Origin: an uncultured Candidatus Binatia bacterium
GTDB lineage: Bacteria; Desulfobacterota; Binatia; Bin18
NCBI GenBank assembly: GCA_965200965.1
Contig: OZ241744.1
Location: forward strand, 416,001-480,000
DNA length: 64,000 bases
Direction of reading: 5' to 3'
Shown here: positions 29,596-39,494 of the stretch, in pieces
Numbering within the stretch: position 1 is the stretch's first letter
Layout: each line of letters starts with the position of its first letter
Program-made: the position numbers and the translations under genes
The notes under the pieces: model-generated
What the model saw: the letters and a program-made list of their open reading frames with translations, nothing else
The model's database searches: none
Told to the model about the DNA's origin: nothing

Positions 29596-30676
29596 CCTCA
29601 AGCCCCCTTTTTTCACCATCAAATGGCAGCCGGCGCAGGCCGGGCAGCCGGCGGCTGTGATCATGCTTGACCAGCGTTTGTTGCCGACCCGCGAGGTCTA
29701 CCGGACCTATACCCACTATCAGGGGGTGGCCCGGGCCATTCGCGCCATGATTATCCGTGGCGCTCCGGCTATTGGGGTGGCTGCGGCCATGGGGCTGGCG
29801 CTGGGCGCACGGCAGCTCAAGACCAGCGACCGGCCGGCCACATTCGGTCGCCTGTGCCGGATTTTTGCCGCAACCCGTCCCACCGCGGTCAACCTGTTTT
29901 GGGCAATTGAGCGGATGCGGGCCGTCTATGCCCAGACGCATGAGGCTGGCCGGGCGCGCGTATGCCAGCGGCTCGAACACGAAGCCCTGGCTGTGTACGC
30001 CGAAGATGTTGCGGTCAACCGTCGCCTCGGCCACTACGGGGCGGCCCTGATTCCATCCCGGGCCGCGGTCCTTACCCACTGTAATGCCGGCGCTTTGGCC
30101 ACGGCCGGCTACGGCACGGCGCTCGGAGTGATTCGAGCCGCCTGGGAGCAGGGCAAAAATATCTCGGTCTTTGTACCCGAGACGCGTCCGTTTTTGCAAG
30201 GTGCCCGGCTGACGGCCTGGGAACTGAGGCAAGAAGGCATTCCGGCGACCCTGATTACCGACAACATGGTCGGCCATTTTCTGCAAAAAGGCGCTATTGA
30301 CTGCGCGATTGTCGGCACCGACCGGACCGCGACAAACGGAGATGTGGCCAATAAAATCGGGACATATACCAGCGCGGTGCTGGCCGCCCGGCACGAGCGG
30401 CCTTTCTATGTGGCGGCACCGACCGCCTCGGTTGACTTGGCCTGCCCGTCCGGTGAGCATATCCCGATTGAAGAGCGCTCGGCGCGTGAGGTGACGCACA
30501 TCTTTCGCCAGCAGATCGCCCCGAGCGATATGCCGGTTGCCAATCCGGCCTTTGATGTCACCCCCCATGCCCTGGTCAGCGCAATTATTACTGAGCGTGG
30601 GGTTGTGCGCGCCCCGTATGCCGAATCCTTGCCGCGGGTGGTACAAGGCCGTCCGTCAAACAAAGCGACCGCCTAG
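29588..30676 (+). CDS. mtnA: S-methyl-5-thioribose-1-phosphate isomerase
   Basis: [62 protein letters not shown]. Confidence 0.95.
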   Translation: MSSLKPPFFTIKWQPAQAGQPAAVIMLDQRLLPTREVYRTYTHYQGVARAIRAMIIRGAPAIGVAAAMGLALGARQLKTSDRPATFGRLCRIFAATRPTAVNLFWAIERMRAVYAQTHEAGRARVCQRLEHEALAVYAEDVAVNRRLGHYGAALIPSRAAVLTHCNAGALATAGYGTALGVIRAAWEQGKNISVFVPETRPFLQGARLTAWELRQEGIPATLITDNMVGHFLQKGAIDCAIVGTDRTATNGDVANKIGTYTSAVLAARHERPFYVAAPTASVDLACPSGEHIPIEERSAREVTHIFRQQIAPSDMPVANPAFDVTPHALVSAIITERGVVRAPYAESLPRVVQGRPSNKATA

Positions 30677-31756
30677 CGGCTCGCCCCTGTGTGCGCTGGC
30701 CAGGTCTTGGGCCAGCCGCCGATGGGCGGCGCAGCCGATGACCTCGCGTGAAGCCGGCCGCCCTTGCCGTGATTTCTGCCTCAGCGCCGCAATCCGGCCG
30801 GCCGCGTCTGCCAGCCGTTGCCGGGAAAGAAGCCCGGCTTGGAGCGCGTGCCGGCAGGCATCGCGGGCCTGCACGGCGAGTTCTGTGGTCTGACACACCA
30901 GCAGCAGGTCGGCTCCGGCGACCAGGGCCAGGGCCGCGGCCTGCTCAACACTGCGGTGGCGAACGATCGCGCCCATCTCCAGGTCGTCGCTGACCACCAC
31001 CCCGTCAAAGCCGAGTCGCTGGCGTAACAGGGTGGTGATAACCGGTCCTGACAGGCTGGCCGGCCGAGTTGGATCAAAAGCCGGGTACACGATGTGGGCG
31101 GTCATGAGCATCTCAATCTGTTCGGCACAGACGCGGCGGAACGGCAGCAGATCGGTCTGCTCAAGCAGACAGGCCGCCCGTTCGTCGCTGGGTAAGTCCT
31201 GGTGTGAATCGATCTGCGTTGCTCCGTGACCGGGAAAGTGCTTGCCGCACGGAATGACGCCAGCCTCGCGCAGACCGCCGGCGAAGGCGCTTCCCAGGGC
31301 TGCTACCTGCTGCGGCTGGGCTGAAAACGCCCGATCTCCAATGACGGCATTGGCCGGGTTGGTCAACACGTCCAGCACCGGGGCAAAATTGATGTCAATC
31401 CCCACCGCCCGCAATTCCCGTCCCATCGCCTGTCCGACCCGATAGGCTGCCTCGACCGGCTGGGGTGCGTCGTTTTGGAGCAGCCGGCGGGCCGGCGGGA
31501 AGTGGGTAAACGGCGCAGCCAGCCGGTGGACCCGACCGCCTTCGTGGTCGATCGCAATCAGCGGCGGGTTGGCCGGGTTCAGGCCGTGCAACTGCTGGCA
31601 CAGGACGGCCAGTGTCTCGGGGTCGCTGTAATTCCGACCAAACAGAATGACCCCGCCGGGACGCAAATCGAGCAGGAGCCGCCGGGTAGGCGGATCGAGA
31701 GCGGGCTGGGGAATGCCGACCATAAAAAGCTGGCCCAACTGCTCAGACGTATCCAC
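30656..31756 (-). CDS. nagZ: beta-N-acetylhexosaminidase (GH3)
   Basis: DHEGGRV.R, KHFPGHG...[11 protein letters not shown]. Confidence 0.92.
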   Translation of the reverse strand: MDTSEQLGQLFMVGIPQPALDPPTRRLLLDLRPGGVILFGRNYSDPETLAVLCQQLHGLNPANPPLIAIDHEGGRVHRLAAPFTHFPPARRLLQNDAPQPVEAAYRVGQAMGRELRAVGIDINFAPVLDVLTNPANAVIGDRAFSAQPQQVAALGSAFAGGLREAGVIPCGKHFPGHGATQIDSHQDLPSDERAACLLEQTDLLPFRRVCAEQIEMLMTAHIVYPAFDPTRPASLSGPVITTLLRQRLGFDGVVVSDDLEMGAIVRHRSVEQAAALALVAGADLLLVCQTTELAVQARDACRHALQAGLLSRQRLADAAGRIAALRQKSRQGRPASREVIGCAAHRRLAQDLASAHRGEPLGGRFV

Positions 31757-31954
31757 AGGATGAGGCTAGCAGGCCCGGGCCGGCAAGAACAGCCGCCTCA
31801 GCCCTCTGGACAACAGAGCACAGAATATGCTATCTGCACGCGCGTTGCGTCTCTGTGTTGTCCTTCTCACCCCTGAACCAAGGGGCGAACGCAAGACGGG
31901 CGGTGAAGGCACCGACCCGGCGGGAACTGAGAGGGGAGCACGGACATGCCATAA

Positions 31955-31990
31955 GGCCGCTTGGATCCAATCGGACCGAGACGGACGGCC
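31955..31990 (+). ncRNA. pan RNA motif-like hairpin in the panB leader
   Basis: CCG-CUUGG-A-UCC-aauc-GGA-CCGAG-A-CGG stem with bulged As (31957-31984), upstream of panBC. Confidence 0.6.
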
Positions 31991-32119
31991 GTCGGAATAG
32001 ACAGGGGACAGAGGAGGCGTGGGCCCTGCGTTGTCAGTGGCGCGTTCGTATCCTCGGCTTTCTCCCCATCTTCTTCCCAGCCCTCCGGCGTCGGTTCGAG
32101 CCGCAAGGAGGGTTTGTGT

Positions 32120-32944
32120 ATGCAGCACGCCGCGCCAAAGGTCACTGTTCCCGAACTCCAGCGTCTCAAAACAGCCGCCACAAAGATCACGGCTCTCACC
32201 GCCTACGATTATCCGTTCGCCCGGATTGTTGATGAGAGTGGGGTTGACATCATCCTGGTTGGCGACTCGCTGGGGACTGCCGTGCAGGGGGCCGATACCA
32301 CCCTGCCGGTGACGCTGGACGAGATGGTCTATCACACCAAGCTGGTCAGCCGGGCCCGGCCGCGGGCGCTGGTTGTGGCGGACATGCCGTTTCTCACCTA
32401 CCAGGCCGGTATCTGCGCCGCCATTGCCAACGCTGGCCGTTTACTCAAAGAGGGCGGGGCCGAGGCAGTCAAGCTGGAGGGCGGGGTCAATGTCCAGCGG
32501 GTGGTCCGGGCCATCAGCCACGTTGATATCCCGGTGATGGGGCACATCGGCCTGACGCCCCAGTCGGTGCATCGGATGGGCGGCTTCAAGGTCCAGGGGA
32601 AAAAGCCGGGCCGCCGGCCTGGAGCCCGGGAGCGTTTGCTGGAAGACGCCCAGGCGGTGGAGGACGCCGGGGCCTTTGCGATTGTGCTTGAAGGTGTCCC
32701 GCTCGATTTGGCCCAGGAGATAACCGGGCGCTTGTCTATCCCGACCATCGGCATTGGCGCTGGCCCCTGGTGTGACGGACAGATCCTGGTCCTGCACGAT
32801 CTGCTCGGCTTGGGCGGGAAGTTCTCACCCAGGTTTGTCAAGCAGTACGCCGACCTTCAGGCTGTGATTTCCCACGCTGTCGGGGCCTATATCGAAGATG
32901 TGCGGGCCGGAGCCTTTCCGCTCGACGTGCACTCTTTTCACTAG
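32120..32944 (+). CDS. panB: 3-methyl-2-oxobutanoate hydroxymethyltransferase
   Basis: LTAYD, LVGDSLG, ADMPF, VKLEGG, GHIGLTPQS, CDGQILV. Confidence 0.96.
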   Translation: MQHAAPKVTVPELQRLKTAATKITALTAYDYPFARIVDESGVDIILVGDSLGTAVQGADTTLPVTLDEMVYHTKLVSRARPRALVVADMPFLTYQAGICAAIANAGRLLKEGGAEAVKLEGGVNVQRVVRAISHVDIPVMGHIGLTPQSVHRMGGFKVQGKKPGRRPGARERLLEDAQAVEDAGAFAIVLEGVPLDLAQEITGRLSIPTIGIGAGPWCDGQILVLHDLLGLGGKFSPRFVKQYADLQAVISHAVGAYIEDVRAGAFPLDVHSFH

Positions 32945-32959
32945 GCCGGGGAGCCGATC

Positions 32960-33802
32960 ATGCACCTCATTCAGCGTGTCTCCGACATGCAGGGCTGGTC
33001 AGACGCCCAGCGTCAGGCCGGCAAGAGAATTGCCTTTGTGCCGACCATGGGCTTTCTCCACGAAGGACACCTCAGCTTGGTGCGAGAAGCCAACACAGTG
33101 GGCGACCTTGTCGTAGTCTCGATCTTTGTCAACCCCATGCAGTTTAACCAGCAGGCCGATTTTGCGTCCTATCCCCGGGATGACGAGCGGGACCGGCGCT
33201 TGCTCGCCGAGCTTGGTACCGATGTGCTGTTTAACCCCGATGTCTCAGAGATGTACCCCGACGGCTATCAAACTGCGGTCGAGGTCGAAAAGCTCAGTCA
33301 GCCCTTGTGCGGTGCCCACCGGCCGGGGCATTTTCGTGGGGTGACAACGGTGGTGGCCAAGCTGTTCAACATGGTCAAGCCCCACACCGCCCTGTTCGGT
33401 GAAAAGGACTTCCAGCAGTGCGTGGTGATTAAACGCATGGTCAGGGACCTGAATTTTGACCTGGACATTGTGGCCGTGCCGACCGTTCGTGAGCCGGACG
33501 GGTTGGCCATGAGTTCCCGCAACGCCCGGCTCAGCCCGGCCCAGCGGCACACCAGCCTGTGTATTGCAAGCGCGCTGAACAAGGCCCAACAGTTGGTTGC
33601 TCAGGGCGAACGGCAGGCCGCGACCATCCTCCAGGTCGTGTACAACACGGTCGGCGGCACGGATGACACGCGCCTGGAATACGCCTCGCTGTGTGACCCT
33701 GAGACGCTGGAGGAGGTTGAGACAGTGACCCGGCCGACGCTGTTGGCCATTGCCGCCTGGGTCGGCGAGGTGCGACTGATCGACAACCGGGTAATCGGCT
33801 GA
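32960..33802 (+). CDS. panC: pantoate--beta-alanine ligase
   Basis: VPTMGFLHEGH, FVNPMQF, RPGHFRGV, FGEKDFQQ, GLAMSSRN, RLIDN. Confidence 0.96.
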   Translation: MHLIQRVSDMQGWSDAQRQAGKRIAFVPTMGFLHEGHLSLVREANTVGDLVVVSIFVNPMQFNQQADFASYPRDDERDRRLLAELGTDVLFNPDVSEMYPDGYQTAVEVEKLSQPLCGAHRPGHFRGVTTVVAKLFNMVKPHTALFGEKDFQQCVVIKRMVRDLNFDLDIVAVPTVREPDGLAMSSRNARLSPAQRHTSLCIASALNKAQQLVAQGERQAATILQVVYNTVGGTDDTRLEYASLCDPETLEEVETVTRPTLLAIAAWVGEVRLIDNRVIG

Positions 33803-33804
33803 GC

Positions 33805-34284
33805 ATGGCCAGAAAACCACACTCCAGCCCGGGCCAGAAACTCATCTGCGCCAACCGTCGGGCCCGCTTTGAGTATCATATTGAGGAAACCCATGAGGCC
33901 GGTCTTGTCCTGACCGGCGCAGAGGTCAAATCGCTGCGTGAGGGGCGGGCCAATCTGAACGACAGCTTTGCCCGGGTGACCCGCGGCGAAGCCTTTTTGC
34001 TGAACGCCCACATCAGCCACTACGAACCGGCCCACCACTTCAGGACCGACCCTGCCCGGGCGCGTAAACTCTTGCTGCACAAGAAAGAAATCCTGCGCCT
34101 GATGGGCAAGGTCCAGGAGCAGGGCTTGACCCTTGTCCCGTTGCGTCTATACTTGAAGAACGGCAAGGCCAAGGTGGAACTGGCGCTTGCCAAAGGCAAG
34201 AAGCTCTACGATAAACGAGCCACTGCCCGGGAGCGTGAGGTCAAACGCGACTTGGCCCGAGCCATGCGCAGACAGGCCGGCTAG
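33805..34284 (+). CDS. smpB: SsrA-binding protein
   Basis: NRRARFEY, EAGLVL.G.EVKSLR, RKLLLHK.EI, GKKLYDKR. Confidence 0.96.
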   Translation: MARKPHSSPGQKLICANRRARFEYHIEETHEAGLVLTGAEVKSLREGRANLNDSFARVTRGEAFLLNAHISHYEPAHHFRTDPARARKLLLHKKEILRLMGKVQEQGLTLVPLRLYLKNGKAKVELALAKGKKLYDKRATAREREVKRDLARAMRRQAG

Positions 34285-34310
34285 GGAAGCGCGCTTGCCA
34301 CATCTCAGAC

Positions 34311-34660
34311 GGGGGCGACTTGGTTTCGACGGGGGTGAGAAAGCCAAAGCTGCGTGCCGGGGTTCTGTCTTTCCCGTAAAACAGGCAGGCTGCACTTTAC
34401 CTGCAGACGATTCTGAATACGCTCTGGCTGCCTAGCGCGGCCAGCGTCTCACCGGTCCGTGCCCGTAGGGCCGGCTGAGGCGTCGCAAATCGGGATACGG
34501 CCGCTCCCCTGCCGGGAGGTAGTGGCCCGACAATGTTTCCGGCTGGCCTCGGCGCATCCTGCGTGTGGGAGACGCCGAGGCGAGATAAAAACACGCGCTA
34601 CGCATGTAGACGCTTTCGGTGGCCCACTCTCGGACGCGGGTTCGATTCCCGCCGCCTCCA
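34311..34660 (+). ncRNA. ssrA: tmRNA (tag ADDSEYALAA, 34403-34435)
   Basis: 5' GGGGGCGA..GGTTTCGAC; 3' GACGCGGGTTCGATTCCCGCCGCCTCCA; tag ends YALAA-stop; directly after smpB; terminal CCA not encoded. Confidence 0.95.
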
Positions 34661-34783
34661 TTCCTTCCACACCAGACTACACAGCGAGACGCCCGGCACA
34701 GCTCAAGGGCTGGACGGGCCGGGACAGGGCCGACTGTGTTTGCTATGCTTGAGCCGACCCAAGCAGATGAGAGGACCCCAGCT

Positions 34784-35638
34784 ATGGCAGAGCGCATGTT
34801 TGGCATGAACAAGGCGTTCATCTCCGAGGTCACTCCCCCAGCGGGGCTCTCAGGGCCGGCTTGGTGGTTTGCCTTTCACCGCAACCGCCTGCTGGTCTGT
34901 GTGACGGACCGCGGCGGCTTGGCCGTGCCGTCTGCCGAGCGCGTCGAAGAACTCGGGGTGAGCGCTACCCAGCGGCACTATCTCGGGCGCTATGAGGGCC
35001 GGGCGTGTTACGCGCTGGATGTGGCAGAAGAGGCGGCTCCGGGCGGCATGGACTTCAAGGATTTGCGCCGGGTGTACGCCGGGCTGGACGAAGACCTGTT
35101 TGTGCTGGCCGGGCGGGCGGTGCAGATTGTGGAGTGGGACCGCACCCACCAATACTGTGGCCGGTGTGGCAGCAAAACCTGCACCAAGGACAATGAGCGG
35201 GCCAAAGCCTGCCCCGAATGCCAGTTGACGAATTTCCCGCGGCTGTCGCCCGCGGTCATCATGGCGGTTGAGCGGGGCAAGGAGTTGTTGCTGGCCCGCT
35301 CATCACGTTTTCCCAGTGGCCTGTACAGCGTCCTGGCCGGTTTTGTTGAGCCGGGCGAGACCATTGAGGAATGTGTGGTGCGCGAGGTCAAAGAAGAGGT
35401 CGGCATCAGCGTCGGCAAGGTGCGCTATGTGGCCAGCCAGCCGTGGCCCTTCCCCAACTCGCTGATGCTGGGGTTTAGTGCCGAGTACCTCTCCGGCGAG
35501 ATTACGCCCGACCCGGTCGAGATTGCGGAGGCCGGCTGGTTCACTGCGGACGCCCTGCCGTCCATCCCGGGCCGCATCAGCATTGCCCGGCGGCTGATCG
35601 ATCGCTTTGTGGCAAAGCAGGCGCGGCAAAAGCGGTGA
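34784..35638 (+). CDS. nudC: NAD(+) diphosphatase / NAD-cap decapping Nudix hydrolase
   Basis: YCGRCG..CPEC zinc finger, [36 protein letters not shown]. Confidence 0.93.
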   Translation: MAERMFGMNKAFISEVTPPAGLSGPAWWFAFHRNRLLVCVTDRGGLAVPSAERVEELGVSATQRHYLGRYEGRACYALDVAEEAAPGGMDFKDLRRVYAGLDEDLFVLAGRAVQIVEWDRTHQYCGRCGSKTCTKDNERAKACPECQLTNFPRLSPAVIMAVERGKELLLARSSRFPSGLYSVLAGFVEPGETIEECVVREVKEEVGISVGKVRYVASQPWPFPNSLMLGFSAEYLSGEITPDPVEIAEAGWFTADALPSIPGRISIARRLIDRFVAKQARQKR

Positions 35639-35728
35639 ACTCAGCCGGCAATTCGTTGCCTGGCCCGCGCAACTGTTTGGATGTGCGCTAAGCTGGCCCG
35701 GAGATGCTCGAAGAGGAGAGATGACGGC

Positions 35729-36355
35729 ATGGACCGTGTGTTTATCTATTGGGACAATTCCAACATTTTTCACGAGGCACAGCGTCTCGCCGAGTTGCGA
35801 AACGAAGGCCCTCACGCCCGCTACCGGGTGCGTATCAACTTTGACAATATGCTGCGGCTAGCCCATGCCGGCCGGCCGCTGGAGAGGGCGTTTGCCGCGG
35901 GGTCTGTTCCGCCCGAAATGCGCCAGTTGTGGAATCGGATGGAAAGCAACGGGGTGGAAGTCCGGCTATTTGACCGCGGCGGTGCGGGGCGAAGTGAACA
36001 GGACATACCCGACCAGGTGCTCCAGTTGCGGATGCTGGAGGACGCCCTGGATTACAACGGCGACCCCGGCATTGTGGTGCTGCTGACGGGCGACGGAGCC
36101 GGCTACTCTGAGGGAGCAGGCTTCCACAGTACCTTGGAGCGGATGCACCGACGCGGCTGGCGGGTGGAAATTCTGTCGTGGGCGCATTCCTGCAATCAGC
36201 GTATGCGCAGATGGGCCGAGCAGAACGGCGTGTTTGTCGCTTTGGACGACTTCTATGAGTCTCTCACCTTCATGCAGCCGTCCAGGCCGGGGGATGAGTT
36301 TGCGCCGGCGCGTGACGCTGCGGAACTGGACATGTCGCAGCGTCCCAGGGCGTGA
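35729..36355 (+). CDS. NYN-domain (LabA/DUF88, PIN-like) nuclease
   Basis: IYWDNSN, EQ..D, LLTGDG, GWRVEILSW, FVALDD. Confidence 0.8.
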   Translation: MDRVFIYWDNSNIFHEAQRLAELRNEGPHARYRVRINFDNMLRLAHAGRPLERAFAAGSVPPEMRQLWNRMESNGVEVRLFDRGGAGRSEQDIPDQVLQLRMLEDALDYNGDPGIVVLLTGDGAGYSEGAGFHSTLERMHRRGWRVEILSWAHSCNQRMRRWAEQNGVFVALDDFYESLTFMQPSRPGDEFAPARDAAELDMSQRPRA

Positions 36356-36413
36356 TTGCCCAACGGGACAAGGGGTATTCGAGGGCGCGCCTCCAAGCTG
36401 AAACTCCCCATCG

Positions 36414-36469
36414 TGTAGGTCGGGTTAGCCGCAAGGCGTAAGCGACATGTCGGCTAACCCGAACTTACA
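36414..36469. repeat. GTAG-family REP-like inverted repeat pair
   Basis: TGTAGGTCGGGTTAGCCG...CGGCTAACCCGAACTTACA; right arm overlaps the protease stop codon. Confidence 0.7.
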
Positions 36470-37416
36470 GGCGGAGATGGTGGAATGGGAATCGGCGGCT
36501 GTTGTTTAACCCACCTCTTTCCTTTGTCGCTGGCGATGAATTTCAAGGAAGGTGAATGCTCGAAAATCAAGGTCATCAAGTGATATGCAGTTAGAACATC
36601 GTTTTGTAATCCCTGATCTTCTTCAAGAAATTCCACCTTTACCCCGAGTTCCTGGAGTTTTGCCGTCCCAATCCTCTGACCATGAACATGAACTTGGCCG
36701 TAGCAGGGCATATATTCTGCGTTGAAATATGACGCAATTTCACCGGCTTTCCTCTTTCTCTCTTGCTCATCGCTGATGTCTTTGAGCATTCTCTTACTAA
36801 GCCAGTTTGCCACCAACTCCTTACTGTATGCCAAAGCCTTTTCGGCTTCCAGGACGAGCGAAGGTCCCATATTCTGCAAAACAGGTGCCCAGAGGTGGGC
36901 TAATTTCGTGTCCTTCTCAATATCCTCTCTTGCCTTACTAAAGCCCTCCTGAATCGCCCTGGCCGAGTACGTTTCATTTCCAATGCCAAACTGAGGATCA
37001 ATTGGCCCGAGCTGGCTCTGCCTGCCGAGCACCAGTAGATCGCTTGCAAGGCTTATCATTGCCCCAGCAGACATAGCCAAATATGGCACAATCACCTCAA
37101 TTTGGTCGAACTTGGAATGGAGGTATTCCACTATACTCTCAACAGCGTTCGGATCTCCTCCCGGAGTATGGAGGAGCAGCACGAGCCCCCTCTCTGTCGG
37201 CGTGTCGTAAAGTGCATTCATGAAACCGTTCATGTCTTCTCTGGTAATAGATACCTTCTCGACAGCCTTTTGCAGAAATGCAGAGGCGTAGAAGATCACA
37301 GCAGCACCGCTACGACGCCTTGAGATGGCACCCAAATGTTTCTTCAACTCCGTATCAAGCCAGTCAGGGTCCTTCTGAGCTGTAAAGGCTTTTAGCAATT
37401 CACTCCAGGAAGCCAT
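36454..37416 (-). CDS. ClpP/SDH-class serine protease
   Basis: LLLHTPGG, AMSAGAMI, QLGPIDPQ, HG..I; lower GC than flanks. Confidence 0.85.
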   Translation of the reverse strand: MASWSELLKAFTAQKDPDWLDTELKKHLGAISRRRSGAAVIFYASAFLQKAVEKVSITREDMNGFMNALYDTPTERGLVLLLHTPGGDPNAVESIVEYLHSKFDQIEVIVPYLAMSAGAMISLASDLLVLGRQSQLGPIDPQFGIGNETYSARAIQEGFSKAREDIEKDTKLAHLWAPVLQNMGPSLVLEAEKALAYSKELVANWLSKRMLKDISDEQERKRKAGEIASYFNAEYMPCYGQVHVHGQRIGTAKLQELGVKVEFLEEDQGLQNDVLTAYHLMTLIFEHSPSLKFIASDKGKRWVKQQPPIPIPPSPPVSSG

Positions 37417-37418
37417 GT

Positions 37419-37625
37419 TTAGCCCTTTTGTTTGACGCGAATAGTGTCTGTCGTTAGGGGATGTTCCAGGCTGGGAGGCTGTGGGTGTACCACTGGGGTC
37501 TCCTTCCGCGTTGGCAGCGCATAAAGCTCGCTCACCTCCACATACTGCTGGTATTGGCTTTTCACCTCTTCCAGGGTTTTCAGGTAATCCGCCGAGATTT
37601 TTTCCCTTTCAGCTTTTTCAGACAT
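37419..37625 (-). CDS. small protein encoded directly upstream of the protease
   Basis: GAGGAGGG RBS, 68 aa, stop 2 nt before protease ATG. Confidence 0.6.
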   Translation of the reverse strand: MSEKAEREKISADYLKTLEEVKSQYQQYVEVSELYALPTRKETPVVHPQPPSLEHPLTTDTIRVKQKG

Positions 37626-37679
37626 GGCGTTTCCCTCCTCTCGCTCAGAGAAAATGTATCTATCTAAAGGTTGGAAATG

Positions 37680-37871
37680 TCAAGGACTCTCGCCCCACAT
37701 CCGCCCGACCGCCGCGCCTATCTTCCGCTCCATCCGCTCTACCAACTCCCGGTTGGTGGCGACAAGGGCTTGCTCAGCCTCAATCTCGGCAACGATGGTT
37801 TGCTGGATCGCGAGAGACGGCAGGGGAATCTTGTGTTCCTCAACTACCGTCTTACGCATAGATGGCGGTTG
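37680..37871 (-). pseudogene. second copy of hsdS 3' end
   Basis: 37693-37871 matches 41978-42156 (179 nt, about 9 substitutions by eye); ends WGESP-stop. Confidence 0.9.
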
Positions 37872-38236
37872 AGCGGGGCAAGGAGTTGTTGCTGGCCCGC
37901 TCATCACGTTTTCCCAGTGGCCTGTACAGCGTCCTGGCCGGTTTTGTTGAGCCGGGCGAGACCATTGAGGAATGTGTGGTGCGCGAGGTCAAAGAAGAGG
38001 TCGGCGTCAGCGTCGGCAAGGTGCGCTATGTGGCCAGCCAGCCGTGGCCCTTCCCCAACTCGCTGATGCTGGGGTTTAGTGCCGAGTACCTCTCTGGCGA
38101 GATTACGCCCGACCCGGTCGAGATTGCGGAGGCCGGCTGGTTCACTGCGGACGCCCTGCCGTCCATCCCGGGCCGCATCAGCATTGCCCGGCGGCTGATC
38201 GATCGCTTTGTGGCAAAGCAGGCGCGGCACAAATAG
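37862..38236 (+). pseudogene. second copy of nudC 3' half
   Basis: 37862-38229 matches 35261-35628 (368 nt, 2 substitutions seen); ends ARHK-stop instead of ARQKR-stop. Confidence 0.92.
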
Positions 38237-38363
38237 CCGGATTTTGGGCCTTTTTCCATTTGACCATGATCTCTTGACCTGAAGATACGCTCCGGCTATA
38301 CCGAGCGTATCTCTTCTGTGGCCCTGCGTCTTGCGCGCAGGGGCAGATAAGGACAGCGATTTC

Positions 38364-39491
38364 ATGTCCGCAGAACCATCAAACAAAGCCCTCCATCTTC
38401 CGAGCCTTTCAATCAAAGGCTTTCGCGGGATCAAGGAACTCTCGATTCCGCGTTTAGGCCGCGTGACGCTGTTCGTGGGGAAGAACGGAGTTGGCAAGAC
38501 GACCCTGCTTGATGCCGTCCGGGTCTTTGCCGCGCGGGGCCGCTATTCTGTGCTCGCGGATATACTGCGGCAGCGCGATGAGCTTACCGACGCCATTCAT
38601 GAGGACGGTGGCGAAATGCTCGTGCCCAATTGGGAGGCTCTTTTCCACGGTTGGCATTCCTCGCCAGATGAGCCTATTTCAATAGGTCTGGAGGGAGAAA
38701 CGTCACCGCTCTGTATAAGAACTGTTCCAATCAGTGAAAGAAATCTGGCGCAATGGAGGAGGGGTATTCCTGAACATTTCCTAGATGATGATATGCAGGC
38801 GCTCAAGATCGAGTGCCAAGGCGCAAAGCAAGAAATACCAATAGGCAACTTGGGGGGCCGCATCCCATTCCGTTTCACACGTCGGGTATGGCGGAACGAT
38901 GAAACCCAACTGCCCTCCGAAATCCTCTGCGAGTCTCTGGGACCGAGCTTGCTGAGCAATGCGGATGTGGCGCGGTTCTGGGATAAGGTAGTGCTGAGAG
39001 ATGACGAAACCCCGGCCACGCGAGCGCTGAGACTGATCTTCGACTCCGTGGACCGTGTTGCGGTGATCGGTGATGATAGAAGGACACGCCCTTATTACGG
39101 CCGGCGGGCGCTCGTAAAGCTCAAAGAGCGGCCGGTTCCTTTGAAAAGCCTGGGCGATGGAGCCGTGCGCCTGCTCGGCGTCGCCCTGGCTCTCGCCAAC
39201 AGCCAGGGCGGCTTTCTGGTGATTGACGAGGCCGAGAACGGTATCCATTACTCAGTGCAGCACGATTTCTGGCGCATGGTCCTGAGAACGGCCTATGCGA
39301 ATAATGTGCAGGTTATCGCCACAACCCATAGTTGGGACTGCACGGTAGGCTTTGCCCAAGCGGCCGCGGATGTGGAGGAGGTCAAAGGCGTGCTCATTCG
39401 CCTTCAAGGGGACGGCGACCAACTCCGCGCCGTGGAATACTCCGAGGACGCTCTCAAGACTGCTGCTGAGCAGGGCATTGAGGTCAGATAG
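38364..39491 (+). CDS. AAA_15/AAA_21-type ABC-like ATPase
   Basis: IKGFRGI, GKNGVGKTT Walker A, LGDG signature, IDEAENGIH Walker B, ATTHS H-loop. Confidence 0.88.
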   Translation: MSAEPSNKALHLPSLSIKGFRGIKELSIPRLGRVTLFVGKNGVGKTTLLDAVRVFAARGRYSVLADILRQRDELTDAIHEDGGEMLVPNWEALFHGWHSSPDEPISIGLEGETSPLCIRTVPISERNLAQWRRGIPEHFLDDDMQALKIECQGAKQEIPIGNLGGRIPFRFTRRVWRNDETQLPSEILCESLGPSLLSNADVARFWDKVVLRDDETPATRALRLIFDSVDRVAVIGDDRRTRPYYGRRALVKLKERPVPLKSLGDGAVRLLGVALALANSQGGFLVIDEAENGIHYSVQHDFWRMVLRTAYANNVQVIATTHSWDCTVGFAQAAADVEEVKGVLIRLQGDGDQLRAVEYSEDALKTAAEQGIEVR

Positions 39492-39494
39492 CCG

